DNA of 62,951 bases, filler included, from Chiloscyllium plagiosum (lineage: Eukaryota), in the NCBI RefSeq assembly GCF_004010195.1. It is 4 parts of one record of this genome, joined end to end, with 100 filler letters (N's around TTAATTAATTAA, not from the genome) between each part and the next. Parts side by side here need not be neighbours in the genome. Positions count along the whole stretch, not along the records: positions 19,224 to 40,807 come from NC_057710.1; 3 more parts are not named here. One strand, given 5' to 3'. This document shows, piece after piece, positions 22,541 through 35,119 of this stretch. Under the pieces are notes generated by a model. It was not told the origin of the DNA. It worked only from the letters and a program-made list of their open reading frames with translations, and made no database searches. Position 1 is the first letter of the stretch. Each line of letters starts with the position of its first letter. Both the position numbers and the translations under genes were made by a program.

Positions 22541-23566
22541 GTAGGTATGATGATGCATGAAAAAGCCTTGTTGGGAAGGATTTGGGAAAACCCAAAGGCG
22601 TTCTACATGTACGTGAGGAATAAAAGAATGATCAGAGAGAATGTCAGACTGATCAGGGATAGTGGAGGGAACCTATGCCTGGAGTCTGAAGAGGTAGGGA
22701 AGGCCCCCAATGAGTTTTTTTGCTTCAGTATTCACTAGAGAGAGGGACCTTGTAGTTAGTGAGAACACCATGGACCAGGTTAATAGGGTTGAACAGATTG
22801 ATGTTGAGGAAGTGGTTGTGCTGGAAATTCTGGGAATCATCAAAATAGCTAAGTCCCCAGAGTCGGACCAGATGTATCAAAGGTTACTACGGGAAGCGAG
22901 GAATGAGATTGCTGTGCCTCTGACAATGATCTTTGCATCCTCACTCTCCAGAGGGGTAGTACTGGATGATTGGAGGGAAGTGAATGTTTTTCCTCTGTTC
23001 AAGAAAGGGAGTAGGGAAATCCCTGGGAGTTACTGACCAGTCAGTCTTATGTCTGTGGTAAGCAAGGTACCGGAAAGGATTCTGAGAGACAGGATTTATG
23101 ACTATTTGAAAAAACATAGTTTGATTAGAGATAGTTAGCATGGCTGTGTGAGGGGCAGGTCATGCCTCACAAACCTTATTGAGGATGTGATTAGACAAGT
23201 TGACAAACGTCGAGCAGTGGATGTGATGTATATAGATTTCAGTAAAGCATTTGAGAAGGTGCCCCACGGTTGTTTCATTCAGAAAGTTGGGAGGTATGAG
23301 ATACAGGGAAATCTGGCTGTCAAGATACAGAATTGGTTGGCTGAAAGAAGATAGTGAGTGGTAGTAGATGGAAAGTATTCGGCCTGGAGTTTGGTGACCA
23401 GTGGTGTCCCACAGGGATCTGTTCTTGGGCCTCTGCTCTTTATAGTTTTTAATAAATGACTTGGATGAAGAAGTGGAAGGGTGGGTTAGTACGTTTGCCG
23501 ATGACACGAAAGTTGGTGGAGTTGTGGATAGTCTGGAGGGCTGTTGTAGGCTACAACAGGATATTA

Positions 23567-23688
23567 GGAGAAAGTAAGGACAGCAGATGCTGGAGATCAG
23601 AGATGTGTTGCTGGAAAAGCGCAGCAGGTCAGGCAGCATCCAAGGAGAAGGAGAATCGACGTTTCGGCCATAAGCCCTTCTTCAGGAA
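23567..23688 (-). mobile_element. About 120-bp PLE-terminal (retrozyme-like) insertion inside CR1
   Basis: Interrupts CR1 at CAACAGGAYATT; ATATT/ACATT flanks; related to 5945-6072. Confidence 0.8.
23654..23688 (-). ncRNA. Minimal type I hammerhead ribozyme motif
   Basis: Minus strand TTC-CTGAAGA-A-GGGC-TTAT-GGCC-GAAA-CG-TC-GATT. Confidence 0.68.
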
Positions 23689-24682
23689 CATTGACAGGAT
23701 GCAGAGCTGGGCTGAGAAGTGGCAGATGGAGTTCAACCTGGATAAATGAGAAGTGATTTATTTTGGAAGGTTGAATTTGAATGCTGAGTACAGAGATAAA
23801 GACAAGATTATTGGCAGTGTGGAGGAAGAGTAGGGTCTTAGGGTCCATGTATATAGATCCCTCACAGTTGCCACCCAAGTTGATAGAGTTGTTAAGAAGG
23901 TATATGCTGCAGATCTATAAAACCACACTTGAAAAAGTGTGTCCAGTTCTGGTCACCTCATTCAAGGATGCAGCTGCTTCAGAGAGGGTGCAGAGATTTA
24001 CCAGGATTCTGCCTGGATTGGAGGGCTTGTCTTATGAAGAGAGGTTGAGAGAGCTTGGGATTTTCAAACTGGAGAGATGATGAAAGAGACGTGACTTGAT
24101 AGAGGTGTACAAGGTAATGAGAGGCATAGATAGAGTAGATAGCCAAAGACTTTTCCCCAGGGCAGAAATGGCCATTAAGAGGAGTCATAATTTTAAGGTG
24201 ACTGGAGGAAGGTATAGGGGAGATGGCGGAGGTAGGTTCTTTACACAGAAAATGGTGGGTGTGTGGAATACACTGTGGTAGGAGAGTCACAAACATTAGG
24301 GACATATAAGTGACTGCTGGACAAGTACATGGGCGGCAGTAAATTGAGGGGTGTGTTGGTTGGGTTGGTCTGAGATTAAGATAAATGCTCAGCCCAGCAT
24401 TGGGGGCCCTTTATTGTCCTTGTTTTTTTGTCGGAGGTCATAAAGACACAGGCTCTGAAATGTCTGGGTTGATCTACTTGGGGAAGCTTTTAAGTTGAAA
24501 ACAACAATTTATGCAATGAAAAGGGGAGGGGGCAATTCTCCCAGCTCAGCTTCTCTCTGTTCTGGTTTGGTTTGGTTTGGTTTGGGTTTTAGCAGTCTTG
24601 CTGCTCAGACCAAGCGGTCAGTCAGTTTGGAGGCCTGCTGGTCAAAGGAACAGCTTCATGGAAGAGAGTGTTCCATGCTAAA

Positions 24683-24892
24683 CCTCCCTCTGCCCTCTCT
24701 CTCCCTCTGCCATCTCCATCTGCCATCTCCCTCTGCCATCTCTCTCTGGGCCATCTCCCTCTGCTATTTCCCTCTGCCATCTCTCTCTGGGCCATCTCTC
24801 TCTCTGCCATCTCTCTCTCTGGGCCATCTCTCTCTCTGGGTCATCTCTCTCTCTGGGTCATCTCTCTCTCTCTCTGCCATCTCTCTCTCTTC
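24683..24892. repeat. Pyrimidine-rich compound tandem repeat (GCCATCTCTCTCT / GGGCCATCTCTCTCT)
   Basis: Repeated (G)GCCATCTC(TC)nT units; explains ORFs 24495..24953, 24622..24810, 24668..24934. Confidence 0.88.
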
Positions 24893-25099
24893 TTGGCTTT
24901 TTGGAGTCCACCACAAAGAAAAGTATCAGTGTGATTTCAGGATAAGAGTTTGAAATCTCAGTAGTTAACCACCTGATTGAGAAGTTGTCTGTTAGTTCAA
25001 TTTGTGACTTCGGATGTGAATTGTCTATATTTGTATCTATGACATAAAACTGCTATATGGGTTCAACAAAAATTCACTGAAAATTGTTGAACACATCAT

Positions 25100-25350
25100 G
25101 GGCAGCATGATGGCTCATGGTTAACACTGCTGCCTCACAGCGCCAGGGACTCGGGTTTGATTCCCACCTTGGACAGCTGTCTGTGTGGAGTTTGCACATT
25201 CTCCCCGTGTCTGCGTGGATTTCTTCCAGGTGCTCCGGTTTCCTCCCACAATCCAAAAGATGTGCATGTCAGGTGAATTGGCCATGCTAAATTGCCACGT
25301 CAGGGGTAAGTATTGGGTAGGGAAATGGGTCTGGCTGGGTTACTCTTCGG
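25100..25350 (+). mobile_element. tRNA-derived V-SINE (HE1-like), 3'-truncated
   Basis: tRNA-like head with degenerate A/B boxes; V-domain TGTGGAGTTTGCACATTCTCCCCGTGTCTGCGTGG. Confidence 0.85.
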
Positions 25351-25351
25351 A

Positions 25352-26170
25352 CACTGAGATCTCTCTGCTCATCTACACTACCAAGAATCTTACCATTAGC
25401 CCAGTACTCTGTATTCCTGTTGCTTCTTCCAAAGTGAATCACCTCATACTTTTCCATACTAAACTCCATTTGCCACCTCTCAGCCCAATTCTTATCTATG
25501 TTCCTCTGTAACCTGCAACATCCTTCCTCACTGTCCACAACTCCACTGACTTTATTGTCATCTACAAATTTACTGACCCATCCTTCTACTCCCTCATCCA
25601 GGTCATTTATAAAAATGACAAACAGCAGTGACCCCAAAACAGATCCTTGCGGTACCCCACTAGTAACTGAACTCCAGGATGAACATTTCCCATCAACCAC
25701 CACCCTCTGTCTTCTTTCAGCTAGCCAATTTCTGATCCAAACTGCAATGGGTGGCATGGTGGCTCAGTGGTTAGCACTGCAGCATCACAGTGCCAGGGAT
25801 CTGGGTTTGATTCTAGCCTTGGGTAACTGTCTGTGTGGAGTTTGCACGTTCTCTGCGTCTGCATGGGTTTCCTCCGGGTGCTCTGGTTTCCTCCCACAAT
25901 TGAAAGACTGCAGGTCAGGTGGATTGGCCATGCTAAGTTGCCCAGGGTGTTAGGTGCATCAGTCAGAGGGGAATGGGTCTGGGTGGGTTACTCTTTGGAG
26001 GGTTGGTGTGCCCTTGTTGGACCAGGTGATCTGCTTGACCACTGTAGGGAATTGAATCTAAATCACCCTCAGTCCGTATTTTCTGCAATAGCCGACCGTG
26101 GGAAACCTTATCAAACTCTTTACTGAAATCCATACACAACATATCAACTGCTTTACCCTCATCCAACATC
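25352..26170 (-). mobile_element. CR1 RT fragment split by a SINE
   Basis: ORF 25287..25757 PQGSVLGSLLF, KFVDD; continues after the SINE (MDFSKEFDKV). Confidence 0.85.
25749..26062 (+). mobile_element. tRNA-derived V-SINE (HE1-like)
   Basis: GGGTGGCATGGTGGCTCAGTGGTTAGC head, V-domain, ATCTAA-type tail. Confidence 0.85.
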
Positions 26171-26214
26171 CGAAGTTGAAAAAGTCCTGGACACCCATCC
26201 CCCTCTACAGGCAA

Positions 26215-26560
26215 CATACAGGGCTGTATTCGACTTTGGTGAGGCCACAGCTGGAGGACTCTGGGCAGTCCTGGGCAGTCCTGGGCAGTCCTGGTCCCCA
26301 CACTATAGGAAGGATGGGATTGCACAGGAAGGATTCAGCAGGATGTTGTCTGGGATGGTGAATTTCAGCGAATAGGGAGGCTGGAGCAGAGAAGGTTGAG
26401 GGAGACCCTGATAGAGGTGGAAACGATGATGAAGGGCAATGGCAGGCTGGATAGAAAGGAGCTGCTCCCCTTCATTGTAGGGTCAATAACGAGGGGGTAT
26501 TAATTTAAAGCAAATGGCAGGAAGGTGAGAGGGGATTTGGGGAAAGGGTTTTCTCACCTG
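26215..26560 (+). mobile_element. Old CR1 3' fragment with an internal 10-bp triplication (CTGGGCAGTC)
   Basis: LYSTLVRPQLED; downstream TRG and WN-like region. Confidence 0.7.
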
Positions 26561-26629
26561 TTAACGCAGTAGATGAGCGAAAGGGCCTCTTGTTTATTGT
26601 ATAATTATATGCTTCTATAGATTCTCCCC

Positions 26630-26880
26630 TCATTTGGCAGTGTCTTGATTTCAATCGTTGTTTTTAACTTTATCCCTCTTAAATCTTTCCACCTGAACAA
26701 CCCTCCAAGCTATCTGGACTCATCTCGTCCTAGCCCTCTGAATATTCCTTCCACCTTCACTCCTCCATTGGTCACTTTCTCTTCAGTCACCTTGGCTCAA
26801 ATCTTGGGAAATTCCAAAATACCTCTCTGCTCCTCGCCAATCTTTCCTGATTATCCAAATATTTTAACAAAGGTTTTGGA
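26630..26880 (+). mobile_element. Very old L2-like LINE 3' end
   Basis: Resembles, from memory, L2 ORF2 C-terminus/3' UTR (AACCCTCC...CTCCTCCATTGG...CTTCAG...CCTCTCTG). Confidence 0.4.
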
Positions 26881-26929
26881 TAGAAATATAGCAAACATGT
26901 GCAGGAGTAGGCCTGCAACACTATCCAAT

Positions 26930-28034
26930 ACAGAGTCATAGAATCACTGAGATGTACGGCATGCTAACAGAACCTTCAGTCCAACTTGTCCATGCCAACC
27001 AGGTATCCGAACCTAACCTAATGCCATTTGCTAGCACTTGACCTAATCCCTCTAAGCCCCTCCTATTCATGTAACCATCCAGATGCCTTTTAAATGTTGT
27101 AATTGTACCAGCCTCCACCACTTCCTCTGGCATTAAATCCATACATATACCACCGTCTTCATGAAAAATGTTGCCCCTTAGTTCCCTTTTATATCTTTCC
27201 CCTCTCAACCTAACTTTATGTCCTCTGGTTCTGGACAACAATTGGAAAATACCTAGTCTATTTATCCTATCCAAGCCCCTCATGATTTTATTTACTGCTA
27301 TAAGGTCACCTCTCAGCTTCCGATGCTTCAGGGAAAACAGCCCCAGCCTTTTTTTTAAAAATTAGATTAGTTACAGTGTGGAAACAGGCCCTTCAGCCCA
27401 ACTAGTCCACACCGACCCATCAAAGCGCAACCCACCCAGACCCATTCTCCTACATTTACCCCTTCACCGAACACTACGGGCAATTTAGCATGGCCAATTC
27501 ATCTAACCTGCACATTTTTGGACTGTGGGAGGAAATCAGAGCAAACCCACACAGACAGGGGGAGAATGTGCAAACTCCACACAGTCAGTCGCCTGAGGCG
27601 GGAATTGAACCCGGGTCTCTGGTGCTGTGAGGCTGCAGTGCTAACCACTATGCCACCGTGCCTATTCAATCTTTCCCTGTAGCGTAAACCCTCCAACCCT
27701 GGCAATATCCTTATAAATCTTTTCTGATCCTTTTCCAGATTCACAACATCCATCTAATAAGAAAACCAGAATTGCACACGATATTCCAAAATTGGTCAAA
27801 CCAATGTCCTGTACAGCCGCAACATGACCTCCCAACTCTTGCACTCAATGCTCTGACTGATAAAGGAAAGCATACCAAATTTCTTCTTTACTATCCTAAC
27901 TACCTGCGACTCTACTTTCAAAGAACTATGAACTTGCACTCCAAGTCTCTTTGTTCACCAACATGCCCCAGAACCTTACCATTATGTGTATAAATCCTGT
28001 TCTGATTTGCCTTTCCAAAATGCAAGAACTCGCA
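26930..28034 (-). mobile_element. CR1 3' region split by a SINE
   Basis: ORF 26936..27283; continuous CR1 coding on both sides of 27361-27662. Confidence 0.88.
27361..27662 (-). mobile_element. tRNA-derived V-SINE (HE1-like)
   Basis: Minus-strand B box GGTTCAATTCC, V-domain, (TCTAA)n tail. Confidence 0.9.
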
Positions 28035-29092
28035 GATCTATATGGATTTAAGTAAGATGTTCAACAAGGTTCCCCATGGGACAATGGTTAGCAAGGTTAG
28101 ATCTCATGGAATATAGGGAGAATTAGTTATTTGGATAAAAAACTGAATCGAAGGTGGAAGAGGGTTGTTTTTCAGACTGGAGGCCTGTGACCAGTGGAGT
28201 GCCACAAGGATCGGTGCTGGGTCCATTACTTTTCATCATTTACATAAATGATTTGGATGTGAGCATAAGAGGTACAGTTAGTAAGTTTGCAGATGACACC
28301 AATATTGGAGGTGTAGTGGACAGCGCTGCATTTTGGGAAAGCAAATCTTAGCAGGACTTATACACTTAATGGTAAGCTCCTAGGGAGTGTTGCTGAACAA
28401 AGAGACCTTGGAGTGCAGGTTCATAGCTCCTTGAAAGTGGAGTCGCAGGTAGATAGGATAGTGAAGAAGGTGTTTGGTATGCTTTCCTATATTGGTCAGA
28501 GTATTGAGTACAGGAGTTGGGAGGTCATGTTGCAGCTGTACAGGACATTGTTAGGCCACTGTTGGAATATTGCGAGCAATTCTGTCTCCTTCCTATCGGA
28601 AAGATGTTGTGAAACTTGAAAGGGTTCAGAAAAGATTTACAAGGATGTTGCCAGGGTTGGAGGATCTGAGCTACAGGGAGAGGCTGAACAGGCTGGGGCT
28701 GTTTTCCCCTAGAGCATCAGAGGCTGAGGGGTGACCTTATTGAGATTTATAAAACCATGAGGGGCATGGATAAGATAAATAGACAAAGGCTTTGCCCTGG
28801 GGTGGGGGAGTCCAGAACTAAAGGGCACAGGGTTAAGCTGAGATGGGAAAGATATAAAAGGGACCTAAGAGGCAACTTTTTCACACAGAAGGTGGTGTGG
28901 AAATGGAATGAGCTGCCAGAGGAAGTCATGGAGGCTGGTACAATTACAACATTTAAAAGTCATCTCAATGGGATATGAATAGGGGTCTGGGCCAAGTGCT
29001 GGCAAATGGGACGAGGTTAGGTTAGGATAACTGGTCGGAATGGATGAGTAGTACTGAAGGTCCTGTTTCCGTGCTGTACATCTCTATGACTC
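28035..29092 (+). mobile_element. CR1 3' region with small internal deletions
   Basis: [36 protein letters not shown] tail. Confidence 0.9.
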
Positions 29093-31040
29093 TAAATTAA
29101 ACTCCATCTGCCGCTTCTCAACCCTTTGGCCCATCTGATCAAGATCCTGTTGTAATCTGAAGTAATCTTCTTTGTTGTCCACTACACCACCAATTTTGGT
29201 GCTATCTGTAATCTCCTTAACTATACCTCCTATGTTCATATGCAAATCATTTAAGTAAATGATGAAAAGTAGTGGACCCAGCACCAATCCTTGTGGCACA
29301 CCACTGGTCACAGGCCTCCAGTCTGAAAAGCAACATCCCTCTACCACCACCCTCTGTCTTCTGACTTTGAGCTAGTTCTGTCAAATGGCTAGTTCTCCCT
29401 GTATTCCATGAGATCTAACCTTGCTAACCAGTGTCCCATGGGGAACCTTGTCGAATGCCTTACTGAAGTCCATATAGATCACGTCTACCACTCTGTCCTC
29501 ATCAATCCTCTTTGTTATTCTTAAAAAAACTCAATCAAGTTTGTGAGACATGATTTCCCACGCATAAAGTCATATTGATTATCCCTAATCAGTCCTTGCT
29601 TTGCAAATACATGTACATCCTGTCCCTCATAATTCCCTCCAACAACTTGCCCACCACTGACATCAGGCTCGTGGTCTATAGTTCCCTGGCTTGTCCTTAC
29701 CACCCTTCTTAAACAGTAGCACCATGTTAGCCAACCTCCAGTCTTCTGGCACCTCACCTGTCACTATCGATGATACAAATATCTCAGCAAGAGGCCCAGC
29801 AATCACTTCCCTATGCTCCCACAGAGTTCTCAAGTACACCTGATCAGGTCCTGGGGATTTAGCCACCTTTATGCATCTTAAGACATCCAGCATCACCTTC
29901 TCTGTAATATGGACATTTTTCAAGATGTCACCATCTATTTCCCCACATTCTATATCTTCCATGCCCTTCTCCACAGTGAACACTGATGCAAAATACTCGT
30001 TTAGTATCTCCTTCATCTCCTGCGGTTCAACACAAAGGCTGCCTTGCTGATCTTTGAGAGGCCCTATTCTCTTCCTGGTTACCCTTTTATCCTTAATGTA
30101 TTTGTAAAAACCCTTTGGATTCTCCTTAACCCTATTTGCCAAAGCTATCACATGTCCCCTTTTTGCCTTCCTGATTTCCCTTTTAAATATACTCCTATTG
30201 CCTTCATACTCTTCCAAGGATTCACTTGATCTCTGCTGTCTCTAAGATTAGATTAGATCACTTACAGTGTGGAAACAGGCCCTTCGGCCCAACAAGTCCA
30301 CACTGACCCACCGAAGCGGAACCCACCCATTCCCCCACATTTACCCCTTTACCTCACACTACAGGCAATTTAGCATGGCCAATTCACCTGACCTGCACAT
30401 CTTTGTGACTGTGGGAGGAAACTGGATCACCCGGAGGAAACCCACACAGACACGGGGAGAACGTGCAAACTCCACACAGTCAGTCGCCTGAGTCAGGAAT
30501 TGAACCCGGGTCTCTGGCGCTGTGAGGCAGCAGTGCTAACCACTGTGCCACCGTGCCGCCCACTAACTGACATATGCTTCCTTCTTTTTCTTAACCAAAC
30601 CCTCAATTTCTTTAGTCATCCAGCATTCCCGATACCTACCAGCCTTTCCTTTCACCCTGACAGGAATATACTGTCTCTGGAGTCTCATTGTCTTATTTCT
30701 GAAGGCTTCCCATTTTCCAATTATCCCTTTACCTGCGAACATCTGCCCCCAATCAGGTTTTGAAAGCACTTGCCTAATATCGTCAAAATCAGCCATCTTC
30801 CAATTTAGAACTTTAACTTTTATATCCAGTCAATCCTTTTTCATCACTATTTTAAAACTAAAAGAATTATGGTTGCTGGCCCCAAAGTGCTCCCCACTGA
30901 CAACTCAGTTACCTGCCTTGCCTTATTTCCCAAGAGTTGGTCAAGTTTTGCACCTTCTCTAGTAGGTACATCCACATACTGAATCAGAAAATGTTCTTGT
31001 ACACTTAACAAATTCCTCTCCATCTAAACCCTTAACATTT
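29093..31040 (-). mobile_element. CR1 ORF2 (endonuclease end to RT) split by a SINE
   Basis: ORFs 30563..30796, 29663..30217, 29084..29350. Confidence 0.9.
30245..30561 (-). mobile_element. Full-length tRNA-derived V-SINE (HE1-like)
   Basis: A box TGGCACAGTGG, B box GGTTCAATTCC, V-domain, CR1-like 3' hairpin GGGCCGAAGGGCC, (TCTAA)n. Confidence 0.92.
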
Positions 31041-31059
31041 TATTCGTAGACTGCTGTCC

Positions 31060-32612
31060 ATAGAATCATAGAGTCATAGAGATGTACAGCACGGAAACAG
31101 ACCCTTCGGTCCAACCCATCCATGCTGACCAGATATTCCAACCCAATCTAGTCCCACCTGCCAGCACCCGGCCCATATCCCTCCAAACCCTTCCTATTTA
31201 TACACCCATCCAAATGCCTCTTAAATGTTGCAATTGTACCAGTCTCCACCACTTCCTCTGGCAGCTCATTCCAAACACATACCACCCTCTGCATGAAAAT
31301 GTTGCCCCTTAGGTCTCATTAATATCTTTCCACTTTTACCCTCAACCTATGCCCTCAAGTTCTGGACTTCCCCACCCCAGGGAAAAGACTTTGCCTATTT
31401 ACCCTATCCATGCACCTCATAATTTTATAAACCTTTATCAGGTCACCCCTCAGCCTCCAACACTCTAGGGAAAATAGCTCCAGCCTGTTCAGCCTCTCCC
31501 AATAGCTCAAATCCTCCAACCCTGGCAACATCCTTGTAAATCTTTTCTGAACCCTTTCAAGTTTCACAACATCTTTCTGATAGGAAGGAGACCAGAATTG
31601 CATGCAATGTTCCAACAGTGGCCTAACCAATGGACTATACAGCCACAACATGATCTCCCAACTCCTGTACTCACTACTCTGACCAATAAAGGAAAGCATA
31701 CCAAACGCCTTCTTCATTATCCTGTCTACCTGTGACTCTACTTTCAAGAAGCTATGAACCTGCACTCCAAGGTCTCTTTCTTCAGCAGCACTCTCTGGAA
31801 CCTTACCATTAAGTGTATAAGTCCTGCTAAGATTTGCTTTCCCAAAATGCAGCACCTCGCATTTATCTGAATTAAACTCCATCTGCCACTTCTCAGCCCA
31901 TTGACCCATCTTATCAAGATCCTGTTGTAATCTGAACTAACCTTCTTCATTGTCCACTACACCTCCAATTTTGGTGTCATCTCTAAACTTACTAATTATA
32001 CCCCTTATGCTTCCATTCAAATCATTTATGTAAATAACAAAAATTGGAGGACCCAGCACCGATCCTTGTGGCACTCCACTGGTCACAGGCCTCCAGTATG
32101 AAAAACATCCCTCTACCATCACCCCCTGTCTTCTACCTTTGAGCCAGTTCTGTATCCAAATGGATAGTTCTCCCTGTATTCCATGAGATCTAACCTTGCT
32201 AACCACTCTCCTATGGGGAACCTTGTCGAATGCCTTACTGAAGTCCATATAGATCACATCTACTGCTCGGCCCTCATCAATCCTCTTTGTTACTTCTTCA
32301 AAAAACTCAATCAAGTTTGTGAGACATGATTTCCCATGCACAAAGCCATGTTGACTATCCCTAATCAGTCCTTGCCTTTCCAAATATATGTACATCCTGT
32401 CCCTCAAGATTCCCTCCAACAACTTGCCCACCACCGAAGACAGGCTCACTGGTCTATAGTTCCCTGGTTAAACAGTGACACCACGTTTGCCATCCTCCAG
32501 TCTTCCGGCATCTCACCTGTGACTATCAATAATACAAATATCTCAGCAAGAGGCCCAGCAATCACTTCTCTAGCTTCCCACAGAGTTCTTGGGTACACCT
32601 GATCAGGTCCTG
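31060..32612 (-). mobile_element. Young CR1 ORF2 3' half
   Basis: ORFs 31937..32449 and 31355..31909 carry the RT motifs; (CTATGACT)n tail. Confidence 0.94.
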
Positions 32613-33112
32613 NNNNNNNNNNNNNNNNNNNNNNNNNNNNNNNNNNNNNNNNNNNNNNNNNNNNNNNNNNNNNNNNNNNNNNNNNNNNNNNNNNNNNNNN
32701 NNNNNNNNNNNNNNNNNNNNNNNNNNNNNNNNNNNNNNNNNNNNNNNNNNNNNNNNNNNNNNNNNNNNNNNNNNNNNNNNNNNNNNNNNNNNNNNNNNNN
32801 NNNNNNNNNNNNNNNNNNNNNNNNNNNNNNNNNNNNNNNNNNNNNNNNNNNNNNNNNNNNNNNNNNNNNNNNNNNNNNNNNNNNNNNNNNNNNNNNNNNN
32901 NNNNNNNNNNNNNNNNNNNNNNNNNNNNNNNNNNNNNNNNNNNNNNNNNNNNNNNNNNNNNNNNNNNNNNNNNNNNNNNNNNNNNNNNNNNNNNNNNNNN
33001 NNNNNNNNNNNNNNNNNNNNNNNNNNNNNNNNNNNNNNNNNNNNNNNNNNNNNNNNNNNNNNNNNNNNNNNNNNNNNNNNNNNNNNNNNNNNNNNNNNNN
33101 NNNNNNNNNNNN

Positions 33113-33735
33113 CCTCAAAGTTGCTACCCAAGTTGATAGGGTTGTTAAGAAGGCATATGGTGTGTTGGCTTTCAATAGTAGGTGGATTGAGTTTAAGAGC
33201 CGCGAGGTTTTGCTGCAGCTCTATAGAGCCCTGGTTAGACCACACTTGGAATATTGTGTTCAGTTCTGGTTACCTCATTTTAGGAAGGGTGTGGAAGCTT
33301 TAGGGAGGGTGCAGAGGAGATTTCCCAGGATGCTGCCTGGACTGGAGGGCATGTCTTATGAAAAAAGGTTGAGGGAGCTAGGGCTTTTCTCATTGGAGTG
33401 AAGGAGAATGAAGGTGACTTGACATGATGATAAGAGGCATTAATAGAGTGGAAATTGTTCTCAAGAGAGGGCATAATTTTAAGGTGACTGGAGGAAGATT
33501 TAGGGGAGGTGTCAGAGGTAGGTGCTTTTCACAGAATGTGCTGGGTGTGTGGAATGCACTGCCAGCGGTGGGAGCAGAGTCAGAAACATTATGGACAGTT
33601 CAGCAACTCTTGAATAGGCACATGGATGATAGTAAAATGTAGGGCATGTAGGTTAGTTTGATCTTAGAGTAGGATCAAAGGTTGGCACAACATTGATGGC
33701 TGAAGAGCCTTTATTGTGCTGTCATGTTCTATGTT
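33113..33735 (+). mobile_element. CR1 3' end, (TTCTATG)n family
   Basis: LYRALVRPHLEYCVQFW; tail ATGTTCTATGTT. Confidence 0.9.
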
Positions 33736-34390
33736 TGAAAGTGGAAATCATGTTTACTTATGTTACTAGAGGGTTTTGAAGAGGTAACAGAAAGGCTTTA
33801 TGAGGGGAGTCCTATTGATGTGGTGTTCATGGATTTCCAGAAAGTGTTTGATACAGAACCACACAACAGACTGATGAGGAGAGTTATAGGTCAGACTTTG
33901 GATGAGACACTAGAATTAGAATTAGGTTTTTTTGTCACATGTACTCATATGAGTGCAGAGAAAAAGTTACAAAGTTGCCACTTGTTGCACGATCTTAGAT
34001 AGATAGGTACTGAGGTACAGGATCTTAGGAGAGCGGATTAAAACTGACTTTGTGATAGGAAACAGAGAGTAATGGTCAACGGATATTTTTCAGGCTGGAG
34101 GAAGATTTGTAGTGGAGCTCCCCAGGGGGTGGTCTTCGCCTCTATTTTACCTGATGGAAACTAATGTGCAAGGACAATTTCAAAGTTTGCTGATGAGTAA
34201 ACTTTGGAAGAATTGTAACTGTATGGAATTCCAAAGGATGTTGACCAATTGTTGAAGTGGGATTGAGACTTTAATTGGAAGAACACTGAGAGACAATATA
34301 AAATGGGGGCGGGGTACAATTCTTAGGAGGATCAGAGGGAGCCGGATGTATGCATGCACAGAACATTCAAGGTGGCAAGTTTAGCTGGAG
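33736..34390 (+). mobile_element. Old degenerate CR1 RT fragment
   Basis: DVVFMDFQKVFD, PQG and KFAD remnants. Confidence 0.7.
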
Positions 34391-34394
34391 AGAA

Positions 34395-35105
34395 CAGTCA
34401 TGGAATCATGGAGTCCTACAGCACAGAGACAGGCCCTTTGGCCCAAACTGCTCCATGCCGACCAAAATATCCATCCACGCTAACCCCATTTCCCTGCACT
34501 TGGCCCATATCCTTCTCACCCTTTCCTATTCGTGCAATTGTTCAAATGCCTTTTAAATGTTGTTAATGTACCCGCCTCAACCACTTCTCCTGGCAGCTCA
34601 TAGAGTCATAGACAGGTACAGCATGGAAACAGACCCTTTGGTCCAACCCGTCCATGCCAACTAGATATCCCAACCCAATCTAGCCCCACCTGCCAGCACC
34701 CGGCCCATATCCCTCCAAACCCTTCCTCTTCATATACCCATCCAAATGCCTCTTAAATGTTGCAATAGTACCAGCCTCCACCACATCCTCTGGCAGCTCA
34801 TTCCATACACGTACCACCCTCTGCGTGAAAACATTGCCCTGTAGGTCTCTTTTATATCTATCCCTTAAACCTATGCCCTTTGGTTCTGGACTCCCCCATC
34901 CCAGGGAAATTACTTTGTCAATTTATACTAACTATGCCCCTCATGATTTTATAAACCTCTATAAGGTCACCCCTCAGCCTCCGACGCTCCAGGGAAAACA
35001 GCCCCAGCCTGTTCAGCCTCTCCTAAGAGCTCAAATCCTCCAACACTGATAACATCCTTGTTAACCTTTTCTGAACCCTTTCAAGTTTCACATCATCTTT
35101 CTGAT
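34395..35105 (-). mobile_element. Two stacked CR1 3' ends
   Basis: Tails at about 34398 and about 34600, each followed by antisense ORF2 end. Confidence 0.85.
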
Positions 35106-35119
35106 AGGCATATGCATTT

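Larger units (their letters stand above)
22555..24420 (+). mobile_element. CR1 LINE ORF2 (tether to 3' UTR), decayed
   Basis: ORFs 22710..23036, 23148..23354, 24096..24281; [19 protein letters not shown]. Confidence 0.92.

Noticed and set aside
30480..30561. tRNA gene
   Set aside because: The A/B boxes belong to a SINE head that continues into the V-domain and LINE-like tail; the same applies to the other four copies
32562..33401. Long ORFs spanning 32.6-33.4 kb
   Set aside because: Artefacts of translating through a 500-N gap
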